Source of the DNA: an uncultured bacterium
GTDB taxonomy: Bacteria > Oederibacteriota > JAAXVQ01 > JAUVAV01
Assembly: GCA_963710755.1 (NCBI GenBank)
Contig: CAVQBK010000003.1
Span: 448,001 to 512,000, forward strand
Direction of reading: 5' to 3'
DNA: 64,000 bases
The notes beneath the pieces were generated by a model. It did not search any database, was not told the origin of the DNA, and saw nothing but the letters and a program-made list of their open reading frames with translations. This document shows positions 8,306 through 17,201 of the stretch, in pieces. The translations under genes were made by a program, and so were the position numbers. The number at the start of each line of letters is the position of its first letter. Within the stretch, counting starts at the first letter, position 1.

Positions 8306-10351
8306 ATGAGCCTAAGGCAAGTTAGAACATCATGGCGACTCAGGCTTAAAGGTCTGATGCTGATCGGACTTTTAAGCCTGGTCACAGGCCTGCGAGCATC
8401 AACGGGCGCTGAATTTTTGCGTCCCGAAAGCTCGCCCAACGCCACCGTGATGATGGGCGGCTCGGCTCTGGAAGGGGGCTCGGCCATGCTGGCCATCAAT
8501 CCGGCCGGTTTGTTGGGCCAAGCCTATGCCTCGCTGGCGTTTACCCATTATGCCTCGTTTGTGGAAACAGCCTATGAGCAAATGGAATTTTTGTGGCCTG
8601 CCCAACCAGGATTGGCCTGGGCAGGCCGGTTGTTTTATGACAGCACCTATAACTTTGTGGCTATTAATGATTTAGGCGAACGCGTGGCCACGGTGGACAA
8701 TTACGACTTACTGCTCAACCCAGCAGTGGCCTGGCGCCTGGATCCTATGTTGGATTTGGGCGTAGGGCTTAAATTATTTCGCAGTGTTATTGCCAGCTAC
8801 AGCAGCATGGGCGCAGCTGCGGATATTGGCGTTCAGGTGCACTGGCCCGGCATGCCTCTGAGCTTGGGAGCCTCGCTGCAGAATCTTGGTATGATGACCG
8901 CCTATGATCAACAGGCCGACAGCCTGCCTTTGGCCTTGACTTTGGGCGGAGCCTGGGACGTGAATTTTGGTATCAATCAATTAATCTTGACGGCGGATCT
9001 CACCACCGGCTTTGATGAGCATCGACCGCTCACACCCATTGCAGGCATGGAATACCACTATGCGTCACTGGCCAGCGTGCGCCTGGCTTATCGGATGGAT
9101 GAGGAATTGGGTAATATCATCGTTGGGGCCGGGGTGCAATGGCGGCGGTTGGGTCTGGATTATTCCTATCAACCCTACGGCGTGTTGGGTGAAAATCACC
9201 GCTTGACCTTGTCTTATTATTTCAGGTCCCTTGCGCAAGAAAAACCACACTCAAGTGCTGAAGCGGTTTTGGCGGAAGAAACGCCGCAACTGAAAGCCCA
9301 ATCTTTGACCAAGCAAAAAGTGGCGGTTTTAACCGAGCTGCCTAGAACTTACAATGCCAAATTAACCTTCATGCCTTTGCTTAAAAGAGGTCCTTTCAAA
9401 CCCTGGAACCTTACTATTACTAATGACCAGCAGCAGACCATTCGCCAGTTTTACGGAGACGAGCGACTGCCCCAACGGATCAGCTGGGACGGCATGAATA
9501 ACCAAGGCCAGCCTCTGCTTCAATCGCAAACCTGCACCATCACCCTGGACGTTGATGGAAAAACCAGAGCCCGGCAGGAAATGCCCATCATGGCACCGGC
9601 GGTCAGGTTAATGTTACCACAGGACGTAGCGTTGCCTGTGCCGGTGATTTTTCAAATGTCCAGGCCTCTGGCCACGCGCGGTTGGACCTTACAGGTAATG
9701 ACGCCTTCAGCAGCCCCGACCGGAACAAATATTATTATGAAAGGGACGCCTTCGGCAGCCCCGACCGGAACAAATATTATTATGAAAGGGACGCCTTCGG
9801 CAGCCTCCTTTAGCGGGCAAGGGGCATGGAAGGACCCCGTGACGTGGGTTAGTACGGTGAATGATACTCACCTCAGTTATGAACTGGAATTGGTGACGGA
9901 TCAGCCCATAAAAGTGATCTTGAAGGAGCCGATCAAGACAGTAACGGCTTCAACCATTATGGCTCCGGAAGGTTATGAAGGATTGAAGATCAGCGGTGTC
10001 CTTTTTGATTTTAACCAAGCCGCGTTAAAGCCCGAAATGGCGGACAAGTTGCAAGCCGTGAGTCAATTGCTGGCCTATTATCCACAGGACCTGTATGTCA
10101 TATGTGAAGGCCATGCTGATGAAGTGGGGGACCAGGCTTATAACCAAACTTTGTCCGAAAAACGGGCCCAGATGGTGGCGGAAAAATTGGTGCGTGACAG
10201 CGGTGTCAGCCAGGACCGGGTAAGCATTAAAGGCTACGGCCAAGCCCGGCCTGAAAACAGCCTGGGCACGCCGGAAGGCATGGCCCGCAATCGGCGTGTG
10301 GACATCAAGGTGTTTTTCCCTGTAAATCTTGCCAAAAAAACCGGCAAATAA
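8306..10351 (+). CDS. PorV/PorQ-like beta-barrel fused to Ig-like domain(s) and a C-terminal OmpA peptidoglycan-binding domain
   Basis: 'GAEFLR..SSPNATVMMGG...INPAGL', 'LDYSYQPYGVLGENHRLTLSYYF'; 'SWDGMNNQGQ'; OmpA 'LFDFNQA.LK..GHAD..G...YNQ.LSEKRA..V...RNRRVDI'. Confidence 0.8.
   Translation: MSLRQVRTSWRLRLKGLMLIGLLSLVTGLRASTGAEFLRPESSPNATVMMGGSALEGGSAMLAINPAGLLGQAYASLAFTHYASFVETAYEQMEFLWPAQPGLAWAGRLFYDSTYNFVAINDLGERVATVDNYDLLLNPAVAWRLDPMLDLGVGLKLFRSVIASYSSMGAAADIGVQVHWPGMPLSLGASLQNLGMMTAYDQQADSLPLALTLGGAWDVNFGINQLILTADLTTGFDEHRPLTPIAGMEYHYASLASVRLAYRMDEELGNIIVGAGVQWRRLGLDYSYQPYGVLGENHRLTLSYYFRSLAQEKPHSSAEAVLAEETPQLKAQSLTKQKVAVLTELPRTYNAKLTFMPLLKRGPFKPWNLTITNDQQQTIRQFYGDERLPQRISWDGMNNQGQPLLQSQTCTITLDVDGKTRARQEMPIMAPAVRLMLPQDVALPVPVIFQMSRPLATRGWTLQVMTPSAAPTGTNIIMKGTPSAAPTGTNIIMKGTPSAASFSGQGAWKDPVTWVSTVNDTHLSYELELVTDQPIKVILKEPIKTVTASTIMAPEGYEGLKISGVLFDFNQAALKPEMADKLQAVSQLLAYYPQDLYVICEGHADEVGDQAYNQTLSEKRAQMVAEKLVRDSGVSQDRVSIKGYGQARPENSLGTPEGMARNRRVDIKVFFPVNLAKKTGK
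9701..9805 (+). repeat. In-frame 45-bp tandem repeat (2.33 copies; TPSAAPTGTNIIMKG)
   Basis: Units start at 9701, 9746 and 9791. Confidence 0.95.
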
Positions 10352-10381
10352 GACTTTAAACCGGTCGAGCCGTTACGCCTT

Positions 10382-10409
10382 GTAGGGAACGGTCGCGACC
10401 GGTCCCCAC
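10382..10409. repeat. GTAG-type REP-like palindrome
   Basis: gtagggaacggtcgcgaccggtccccac; shares GTAGGGAAC with 2045. Confidence 0.55.
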
Positions 10410-10440
10410 AATATCACCCTTCTTTTTTTCAAAAAAAAAT

Positions 10441-10465
10441 GGAACCTCCTAGTCAATAGTTGACT
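10441..10465 (+). promoter_or_regulatory. Second putative ECF promoter overlapping an AGTCAA-N3-TTGACT palindrome
   Basis: A-tract-tGGAACC-N10-TAGTT-gact. Confidence 0.5.
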
Positions 10466-10509
10466 CTCTTCTTTGTTATCAATAACCACCAGTTAAAGGA
10501 GAGGGATCA

Positions 10510-11802
10510 ATGAGGACTTTTAAAAGAATTGCGTTTTTGCTTTTACTAACACTGGCCTGTCTGCACCAGGCCGGACTCGCCAACACGGCAGTACCCACTT
10601 TCTCGCCAACGGTCACATTCACAGCAACTGGGACGCCCACGGTGACGGTGACACCAATGAGTAGCACGCCGACAGCAGTCTTCACGGCCACGATTACGCC
10701 CACTCGGACGAGCACAGCCACACCGGTTGGAACCGTGCCTGCCGGTTCAACGAAAACCGCTACAGCCACAGCGACGCATACGGCCACAGTGGCGGTGACA
10801 CCAATGAGTAGCACGCCGACAGCAGTCTTCACGGCCACGATTACGCCCACTCGGACGAGTACCGCCACACCGGTTGGAACCGTGCCTGCCGGTTCAACGA
10901 AAACCGCTACAGCCACAGCGACGCATACGGCCACAGTGGCGGTGACACCAATGAGTAGCACGCCGACAGCAGTCTTCACGGCAACGATTACGCCCACTCG
11001 GACGAGCACAGCCACGCCGGTTGGAACCGTGCCTGCCGGTTCAACGAAAACCGCTACAGCCACAGCGACGCATACGGCCACAGTGGCGGTGACACCAATG
11101 AGTAGCACGCCGACCGCGGTGTTCACGGCCACGATTACGCCCACTCGGACGAGCACAGCCACGCCGGTTGGAACCGTGCCTGCCGGGTCAACGAAGACCG
11201 CTACGGCCACGTCGACCCGGACCCCGATAGCGACCTCCACAGCGGCTGGTACAGCGGTTGCCACCCATACGCCCACTAAAACACCCACGCAGTCACCAGG
11301 CACACCGGCTCTAACCGCCACTCGTACCGCTACGGCCACGATGACGTTTACTGTGACCAGCACGCCCCAAGGTGAGGTCACCACTGCGCCCACTGCCACC
11401 GGCACAGCAACCCCTATGGCCACCTCCACACCGGTCAACACGGCCACGCCCAGCGGCATGGTCTCCACCTCCACGGTAACCGTCACCACCACGGCCATTG
11501 CCACCGCTTCAGCGCCAAAAGTGGAAGCCAAGGTTTACGGCAGCGTGGTGAATCCAGCCAAAACCGAGAGCGCCCACATTCAGGTGCACCTGGATAAGCC
11601 CCAGAAAGTTCAGGTTATCATTTACAATCAAAGAGGACAGGTGGTCAGGACTTTGGTCGACGCAGTGAAAGACGCCGGAACCTTTGATGCCGTATGGCAG
11701 GGCGTGAACCGCCATGGCCAGGTCGTGTCCTCCGGAATTTACGTGGTGTATATCAAGACAGATACTTTCCAAGCCAAAAAACGCATCGTGGTTATTCGAT
11801 AG
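10510..11802 (+). CDS. Secreted Thr-rich repeat protein with C-terminal FlgD-Ig/T9SS-CTD-like domain (paralog of 7408)
   Basis: Signal peptide; 49-aa repeats; C-term '[22 protein letters not shown]...[26 protein letters not shown]'; AAGGAG RBS. Confidence 0.9.
   Translation: MRTFKRIAFLLLLTLACLHQAGLANTAVPTFSPTVTFTATGTPTVTVTPMSSTPTAVFTATITPTRTSTATPVGTVPAGSTKTATATATHTATVAVTPMSSTPTAVFTATITPTRTSTATPVGTVPAGSTKTATATATHTATVAVTPMSSTPTAVFTATITPTRTSTATPVGTVPAGSTKTATATATHTATVAVTPMSSTPTAVFTATITPTRTSTATPVGTVPAGSTKTATATSTRTPIATSTAAGTAVATHTPTKTPTQSPGTPALTATRTATATMTFTVTSTPQGEVTTAPTATGTATPMATSTPVNTATPSGMVSTSTVTVTTTAIATASAPKVEAKVYGSVVNPAKTESAHIQVHLDKPQKVQVIIYNQRGQVVRTLVDAVKDAGTFDAVWQGVNRHGQVVSSGIYVVYIKTDTFQAKKRIVVIR
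10646..11210 (+). repeat. 147-bp coding tandem repeat, about 3.8 copies
   Basis: ccaatgagtagcacgcc recurs at 10654, 10801, 10948 and 11095. Confidence 0.97.
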
Positions 11803-11811
11803 GAGGACGAG

Positions 11812-12747
11812 ATGGGCATGCTAGTTACTATACATATGAAAAAGGTTTGTAAAACCGGGGTTATGATCGCCATGCTGGCGGGGTTGGCCTCGGTCCTAGG
11901 GACACCTTTGTTGGCCCTAACCGGGGCGGATTTCCTGCGCCTGGAAAGCTCGCCCAATGCAGCAGTCATGATGGGTGGAGCGGCTTTATCCGGCACGCCG
12001 GCTATGTTGGCGGTTAATCCGGCAAGCTTGTTGGGCCAACAGGAACCATCGATCTCCTTTTCCCATTTTGCGTCCTTTGCTCTAACCGGGTATGAACAGT
12101 TGGAAGGGGTGATACCTCTCGGTTCCCATCTGGCTGTAGGCGGACGACTATTTTATGACAGTGCCTATGGTCTGGCGGATATTGATCTTGAGGGTAATAA
12201 TCAGGGTACCATTGCCAATTATGATTTGCTGGTCAATCCGGCCATGGCGGTTAAAATCAACGAGTTGCTCAACCTGGGTGTGGGGCTCAAAGGATTCCAA
12301 AGCGTGCTCTTTGATTATTCCAGTGTGGGTGCTGCCCTGGATATGGGGGTGCATTTTCAGGTGCCTGGTCTGGGGCTGAGCCTGGGTGCGTCCATGCAGA
12401 ACCTCGGTTTTATGACCGCCTACAACACCGTGCAGGAACAACTGCCTCTGAGCTTTGATCTGGGCGCGGCCTATCAATGGCTGAGCGGTCCGCATCAATT
12501 CACTGTGCTTGGTGATGTCACCACCGTGGTGGAGGAATATCAAACCCTGACCCCCATACTGGGGGCAGTCTATCGCTATGGCGGTTTGGCCTCTGTGCGC
12601 GTGGCCTACCGCTTGGACCAGGAGTTGGGCAATTTAATGGTCGGCGCCGGTTTAACCTGGCAGGCTATCGGCGTGGCTTATGCCTACCAGCCCTTGGGTG
12701 CCTTGGGGGACAATCACCGCTTCAGTGTTTCCTACCTTTTCAAATAG
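11812..12747 (+). CDS. PorV/PorQ-like outer-membrane beta-barrel (paralog of the N-terminus of 8306)
   Basis: 'GADFLRLESSPNAAVMMGG...VNPASL', ends 'AYQPLGALGDNHRFSVSYLFK'; AGGAGG RBS. Confidence 0.8.
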   Translation: MGMLVTIHMKKVCKTGVMIAMLAGLASVLGTPLLALTGADFLRLESSPNAAVMMGGAALSGTPAMLAVNPASLLGQQEPSISFSHFASFALTGYEQLEGVIPLGSHLAVGGRLFYDSAYGLADIDLEGNNQGTIANYDLLVNPAMAVKINELLNLGVGLKGFQSVLFDYSSVGAALDMGVHFQVPGLGLSLGASMQNLGFMTAYNTVQEQLPLSFDLGAAYQWLSGPHQFTVLGDVTTVVEEYQTLTPILGAVYRYGGLASVRVAYRLDQELGNLMVGAGLTWQAIGVAYAYQPLGALGDNHRFSVSYLFK

Positions 12748-12775
12748 TACTGGTGAGTGCTTGGCCTGAGATGAG

Positions 12776-12803
12776 GTAGGGGCACAAAATAATGTGCCCC
12801 TAC
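12776..12803. repeat. GTAG-type REP-like palindrome between convergent genes
   Basis: gtaggggcaca-aaataa-tgtgcccctac, perfect 11-bp arms. Confidence 0.7.
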
Positions 12804-12824
12804 GGATTCAGATGCAGAGTAAGC

Positions 12825-13862
12825 TCAGCGCTGGGACAAGCCGGAGAGCGCCACGCCCAGGAGGCGGACTTTTTTTTGGCCGACCAAGGTTTTGGGAAGC
12901 AGTTGTTCCACGGCCTCCCAAATTGCATGGGCCTGGTAAACCGGCTTAGCCAGAGTGGCGGCCCTGGTGATCTGGATAAAATCATAATACTTGACCTTTA
13001 AGGTCACTGTATTGCCCTGACGCTGCGCCTGTTCCAGCACTTGGGCGACGTGATGGCAAAGCCGTTTCAATTCCTGATGGATCACTGCTGGTTCGAGCAG
13101 GTCCTTTTCAAAGGTTTTTTCCCGTCCCATAGACTTTCGGATGCGATCAGATTCTACCGGTCGCTCATCTATTCCGCGCGCAAAAGTATAATAGCGCCTG
13201 CCAGCCTTACCGAAATAATGAATAAGTTCCTCCATGTTTTTTTTGCGCAAATCCGCGCCGGTCTTGATGCCCAAAGCCAACATCTTTTTTTCCGTGACTT
13301 TGCCCACGCCGAAAAATTTACGAATTGGCAGGCCGGCGATAAAAGCCTGTGCTTTTTCCGGAGGAATCACGGTCAGACCCCGCGGCTTGCGGTAATCGGA
13401 CGCCACCTTGGCCAGGAATTTGTTGGTCGACACCCCGGCCGAGGCCGTAAGTTTGGTTTCCTGTTCAATCCTCTGCAGCACCTCGCGTGCCAGCACGGTA
13501 GCTGACGTTATATGTTTTTTATTATCGGTCACATCCAAATAAGCTTCATCCAAAGACAGCGGTTCCACTATATCGGTATACTCCTGGAAAATCGCCCTCA
13601 ATTGATGAGATACCTGTTTGTAAACAGCCATACGGGGCAGCACAAAGATGCCTTGAGGGCAGCGTTGCCGGGCTTCTTTGGAGGGCATGGCGGAATGGAT
13701 TCCAAACTTGCGGGCTTCGTAGGAACAGGTGGCCACTACGCCCCGCTTTTCAGGATCACCGCCTACAATCACCGGCTTACCTTGCCACTGAGGATGGTCC
13801 CGCTGCTCTACAGAGGCATAAAAAGCATCCATGTCAATATGAATAATCTTACGACCAGTCAT
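12825..13862 (-). CDS. dinB: DNA polymerase IV
   Basis: 'IIHIDMDAFYASVEQRD', 'CSYEARKFGIHSAM', 'SLDEAYLDVT'. Confidence 0.97.
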   Translation of the reverse strand: MTGRKIIHIDMDAFYASVEQRDHPQWQGKPVIVGGDPEKRGVVATCSYEARKFGIHSAMPSKEARQRCPQGIFVLPRMAVYKQVSHQLRAIFQEYTDIVEPLSLDEAYLDVTDNKKHITSATVLAREVLQRIEQETKLTASAGVSTNKFLAKVASDYRKPRGLTVIPPEKAQAFIAGLPIRKFFGVGKVTEKKMLALGIKTGADLRKKNMEELIHYFGKAGRRYYTFARGIDERPVESDRIRKSMGREKTFEKDLLEPAVIHQELKRLCHHVAQVLEQAQRQGNTVTLKVKYYDFIQITRAATLAKPVYQAHAIWEAVEQLLPKTLVGQKKVRLLGVALSGLSQR

Positions 13863-14049
13863 GGTTTTATTGTAATCCACCAGCCACCCCAACTCTAGAG
13901 AAATCATGGAATCCTTTCCATAGGGGTTTTTGGTAATGTGTGGTTTTGATTCCCTAGAGGCGAGGATAGGTATTGTGTCAGATGTAAAAAATAGAATAAA
14001 ACACTTGATAAATAAAGATATCAGCAGATCTATAATCCGAACTAAAAAT

Positions 14050-14065
14050 TGGCCTAATAGTTGCT
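14050..14065 (+). promoter_or_regulatory. Putative sigma54 promoter for the flgF operon
   Basis: TGGC-N7-TTGCT with correct -24/-12 spacing. Confidence 0.6.
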
Positions 14066-14105
14066 TAAGTAAAAGTTGCCAACAGCTATTCCACAAGGAG
14101 GACCA

Positions 14106-14303
14106 ATGAATCATCGCCGTTACAAATACCTAATCTGGAACTCCAATTGGTACAAACAGAATGTGACCCAAACCAAAGCGCAATGGGACAAGGCCGTGGT
14201 GACCCAGAGTGATGCTCCGGCCAAGGAATTGGATGTTTCCAAAAAGAGAAAACCCCTGCTGGAGGATTTTTTCCCCTGGTGGAAACAGGATCATAAAAAC
14301 TAA
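14106..14303 (+). CDS. Small hypothetical protein (65 aa)
   Basis: AAGGAGG RBS before ATG; directly downstream of the sigma54 motif. Confidence 0.55.
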   Translation: MNHRRYKYLIWNSNWYKQNVTQTKAQWDKAVVTQSDAPAKELDVSKKRKPLLEDFFPWWKQDHKN

Positions 14304-14402
14304 AGACCTGTTCTTCGACGCAGGGCTGAAAGTAAATTCAGATCAGCTTTTGAATAGGGTGCTGCAACAGGGGAAAGCAATATCCTGGGAAAGGATGAAC
14401 CC

Positions 14403-15092
14403 ATGATCTACGGTATTTATCAAACCGCGACCAGTCTGGACAGTTTGAACCGCATGCAGGATGTGGTGGCCAACAACCTGGCCAACATGACCACTAATGG
14501 CTTTAAACAGGAACTGCTGCAGGTCATGAAAAATGAACCGGGCCGCCTCAGTGTGGCCAGTCAGGTGGATATGAGCGCCGGGCCCATCAAGATGACCGAC
14601 AATCCCACCGATCTGGCCATAACCAGCGACGGTTTTTTTGCTGTGCAGAGCGAGGACGGCGTGGCCTACACCAGAAGCGGTGATTTTAAATTAGACAGTA
14701 CTGGCCGGTTGGTGACCAATGAGGGCCTGCCGGTACTGGGTAAACACGGCGAGATTCTGATCGGTACCAATAAATTTACGGTCAACGGCCAGGGCGAAAT
14801 TTTTGTGGGACAGGACCAGGTAGACCAGCTCGAACTCTTCAAGCCCCAGGGACCAATGGTCAGAATCGGGCAGCGCCTGCTTAAATCGGAAGTGCCCGAT
14901 CAAATGGTGGCCATGGACAACAACAACGTTAAGATCATGCAGGGTGCTGTGGAAGCCTCCAATGTCAATCCAGTGGAGGCGATGGTCAACATGATGCTCA
15001 TCGTGCGCCAATACGAGGCCAATCAGAAAGCCATGAGCGTGCAGGACGAAAGTATTCGCCCCGTAATTACTCAGGTAGGCAAGCATACTTAA
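14403..15092 (+). CDS. flgF: Flagellar basal-body rod protein FlgF
   Basis: 'DVVANNLANMTTNGFK', 'YTRSGDFKLD', 'VEASNVNPVEAMV'; precedes flgG. Confidence 0.85.
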   Translation: MIYGIYQTATSLDSLNRMQDVVANNLANMTTNGFKQELLQVMKNEPGRLSVASQVDMSAGPIKMTDNPTDLAITSDGFFAVQSEDGVAYTRSGDFKLDSTGRLVTNEGLPVLGKHGEILIGTNKFTVNGQGEIFVGQDQVDQLELFKPQGPMVRIGQRLLKSEVPDQMVAMDNNNVKIMQGAVEASNVNPVEAMVNMMLIVRQYEANQKAMSVQDESIRPVITQVGKHT

Positions 15093-15112
15093 TTGCAGCA
15101 GGAGGATGACCC

Positions 15113-15895
15113 ATGTTAAGAGCCTTGATGATTTCAGCCACCGGCATGTCGGCCCAACAACTGGCCATGGACAACATTTCCAACAATCTGGCCAATGTCA
15201 ATACCACGGGCTTCAAGGCCTCTCAGGCCAAGTTCGCCGATATTTTTTATCAGGCTATCAACGAACCGCAGCCTTTGGGTCCGGTGGAAAATAACCAGCC
15301 CTCCGTGGGTATTGGTGTGCAAAATACGTCCATGGAACGATCCTTTCTGCAAGGCGCTTTGGAAAGCACCGGCAATCCGCTGGATATGGCGGTGCAGGGC
15401 GACGGGTTTTTTCAGGTACTTCAGCCGGACGGCAGTATGGCCTACACTCGTGACGGATCTTTCAAAGTGAGTGGTGACGGTCTGTTGTGCACCAATCAGG
15501 GTTATCCGGTTCAGCCGGAAGTGCAAATTCCTGCTGATGCCTCGGAAGTCAATGTGGCGGCCGACGGTACGGTGCTGGTGAAGGGACTGAACGATACCAC
15601 GCCCCGGCCTATAGCCCAGTTGGAACTGGCCCGGTTTGTTAACCCCGGTAGTCTGGAAAGCCTGGGTCAAAACCTGTATGCCTCTTCTACGGCTTCCGGT
15701 GAGGCTATCGTCAGCACTCCTGGCCAGGAAGGGCTGGGCAGTCTGGTGCAGGGGAGCTTGGAACGGTCCAATGTCAACTTGGTGCAGGAAATGGTGAATA
15801 TGATCATGACGCAACGGGCTTATGAAATTAACACCAAATCCATTCAGGCAGCGGATGACATGATGAAGATGGCCAATAATTTAAGGAGAATTTAA
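15113..15895 (+). CDS. flgG: Flagellar distal rod protein FlgG
   Basis: 'MLRALMISATGMSAQQ..MDNISNNLANVNTTGFK', 'QRAYEINTKSIQAADDM'. Confidence 0.95.
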   Translation: MLRALMISATGMSAQQLAMDNISNNLANVNTTGFKASQAKFADIFYQAINEPQPLGPVENNQPSVGIGVQNTSMERSFLQGALESTGNPLDMAVQGDGFFQVLQPDGSMAYTRDGSFKVSGDGLLCTNQGYPVQPEVQIPADASEVNVAADGTVLVKGLNDTTPRPIAQLELARFVNPGSLESLGQNLYASSTASGEAIVSTPGQEGLGSLVQGSLERSNVNLVQEMVNMIMTQRAYEINTKSIQAADDMMKMANNLRRI

Positions 15896-15899
15896 AGGC

Positions 15900-16592
15900 A
15901 TGGTTAAGCGGGTGCTGCTGATAGGGTTAGGCTTGTGGCTCAGCGCTGCCGGCGCGCTGCATGCGCTTACCCAGAGCACTGTGGAAAGGTCTTTGGAACA
16001 ATGGATGACCAAGCACTTTCCTATTGTCCAGGGACGATGGGAAGCCTGGTGCCTTAATGTGACCAATCCCAAGCTGCTGAGCAGTCTGACCCAAGTGGAT
16101 ATTCGAGGCGTGGTGGGAGTGGCCAAACCGAAAAAGATTATGACCTTTATTGTAGGTCCCAAAGGCCGGACTTGCCGGGTCACTGCCCGTCTGGCAGGCT
16201 TTAAAAAAGTCATGGTGGCCAAGCGCATTCTACAAAAGGCGGTGGTGCCCACTTCCGATGACTGGCAATGGGAAGAACGGCTGGTTGATGCCCTGCCCCG
16301 GGACAGTCTGGATCAAGCCTGCATCCTGGACGGCATGCGGACTAAAAAAGTGTTGGCCAAAGGTGAGGTCATGACCGCTCATGCTTTGGAAGCGCAACCA
16401 GCAGTATTGCCCGGTCAGCGGCTGACCTTGGAGGTGCGCGGTCAGGGCATTGTGATCAAAACCGATGTAACCAGTCTGGAAGAAGGTGTGGTCGGTGACT
16501 GGATCAAATTAAAGGACTGCCAGAATGGCCGGCAATTGTCAGGTAAAGTGGTGGCGCCTTATTTAACTCAAATTGTGTTGAACAGGAGATAG
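15900..16592 (+). CDS. flgA: P-ring formation chaperone FlgA
   Basis: Signal peptide; C-term 'V..GQ..TL...G.GI.I......LEEG..GD.I...N..GR.L.G.V'; synteny. Confidence 0.8.
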   Translation: MVKRVLLIGLGLWLSAAGALHALTQSTVERSLEQWMTKHFPIVQGRWEAWCLNVTNPKLLSSLTQVDIRGVVGVAKPKKIMTFIVGPKGRTCRVTARLAGFKKVMVAKRILQKAVVPTSDDWQWEERLVDALPRDSLDQACILDGMRTKKVLAKGEVMTAHALEAQPAVLPGQRLTLEVRGQGIVIKTDVTSLEEGVVGDWIKLKDCQNGRQLSGKVVAPYLTQIVLNRR

Positions 16593-16596
16593 ACTT

Positions 16597-17175
16597 ATGA
16601 GTGTGCGCAAAATGATTATGTTGGCGGTGGTGCTGGGTGCCTGGCCCACAACCGCAGTAATGGCGGAATCCTTGAGCGCAGGCCAGAATGTTTTCAGTAC
16701 GGAAAAGTATTATCGTGCCGGCGATTTGATTACCATCATTATTTCCGAGAGTGCCCAGGCTTCCCAGAGCGCCTCCACAGACCTGCACAAGGATTCGCAG
16801 GTGGGCTATACCAGCGGCGGCCTGTTGGGGTCTTTGATGCCTGCGGCCAGCGTGGGCATTAATTCCAAAAATGACGGCGGTGGGCAACTGGCACGACAGG
16901 GGAAAATGAAGGCCATGATTGGCGCCACGGTGGAATCGATTCTGCCCAACGGTCTGCTCAAAGTCAAAGGCACCCAGGAAATCGGGTTTGACAGCGGCCG
17001 CCAGATTATCCGTATCGAAGGATTGGTGAGGCCACGCGATATTTCATCGGAAAACGAAGTTTATTCCTATCGTCTGGCCAATGTGAAAATCGATTATGTG
17101 GGCGACGGGGCATTGCAGGAAAAATCACGAACTGGATTCTTAAGCCGATTTTTAGACTGGCTCTGGATATTTTAG
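16597..17175 (+). CDS. flgH: Flagellar L-ring protein FlgH
   Basis: 'GDLITIIISE', 'VESILPNGLLKVKG', 'EGLVRPRDIS'. Confidence 0.9.
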   Translation: MSVRKMIMLAVVLGAWPTTAVMAESLSAGQNVFSTEKYYRAGDLITIIISESAQASQSASTDLHKDSQVGYTSGGLLGSLMPAASVGINSKNDGGGQLARQGKMKAMIGATVESILPNGLLKVKGTQEIGFDSGRQIIRIEGLVRPRDISSENEVYSYRLANVKIDYVGDGALQEKSRTGFLSRFLDWLWIF

Positions 17176-17201
17176 AGTCATGCGGCAGACAGGGGGAGAC
17201 C

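Noticed and set aside
9701-11210. 45-bp and 147-bp repeats as possible CRISPR arrays
   Set aside because: They are in-frame coding repeats with identical 'spacers', and no cas genes are present.
10479-11531. 350-aa Val/Gly/Ala-rich minus-strand ORF (similarly 7005-7643 and 7686-8036)
   Set aside because: Antisense reading of Thr-rich ACN codons. The plus strand has the RBS, signal peptide and CTD.
14005-14036. TTGATA...TATAAT sigma70 promoter
   Set aside because: The spacer is 20 nt, and the sigma54 motif at 14050 fits better.
13863-14114. 84-aa N-terminal extension of DinB in the ORF track
   Set aside because: Homology starts at MTGRKIIHID, and the extension spans the AT-rich divergent promoter region. 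No LexA box was recognised either.
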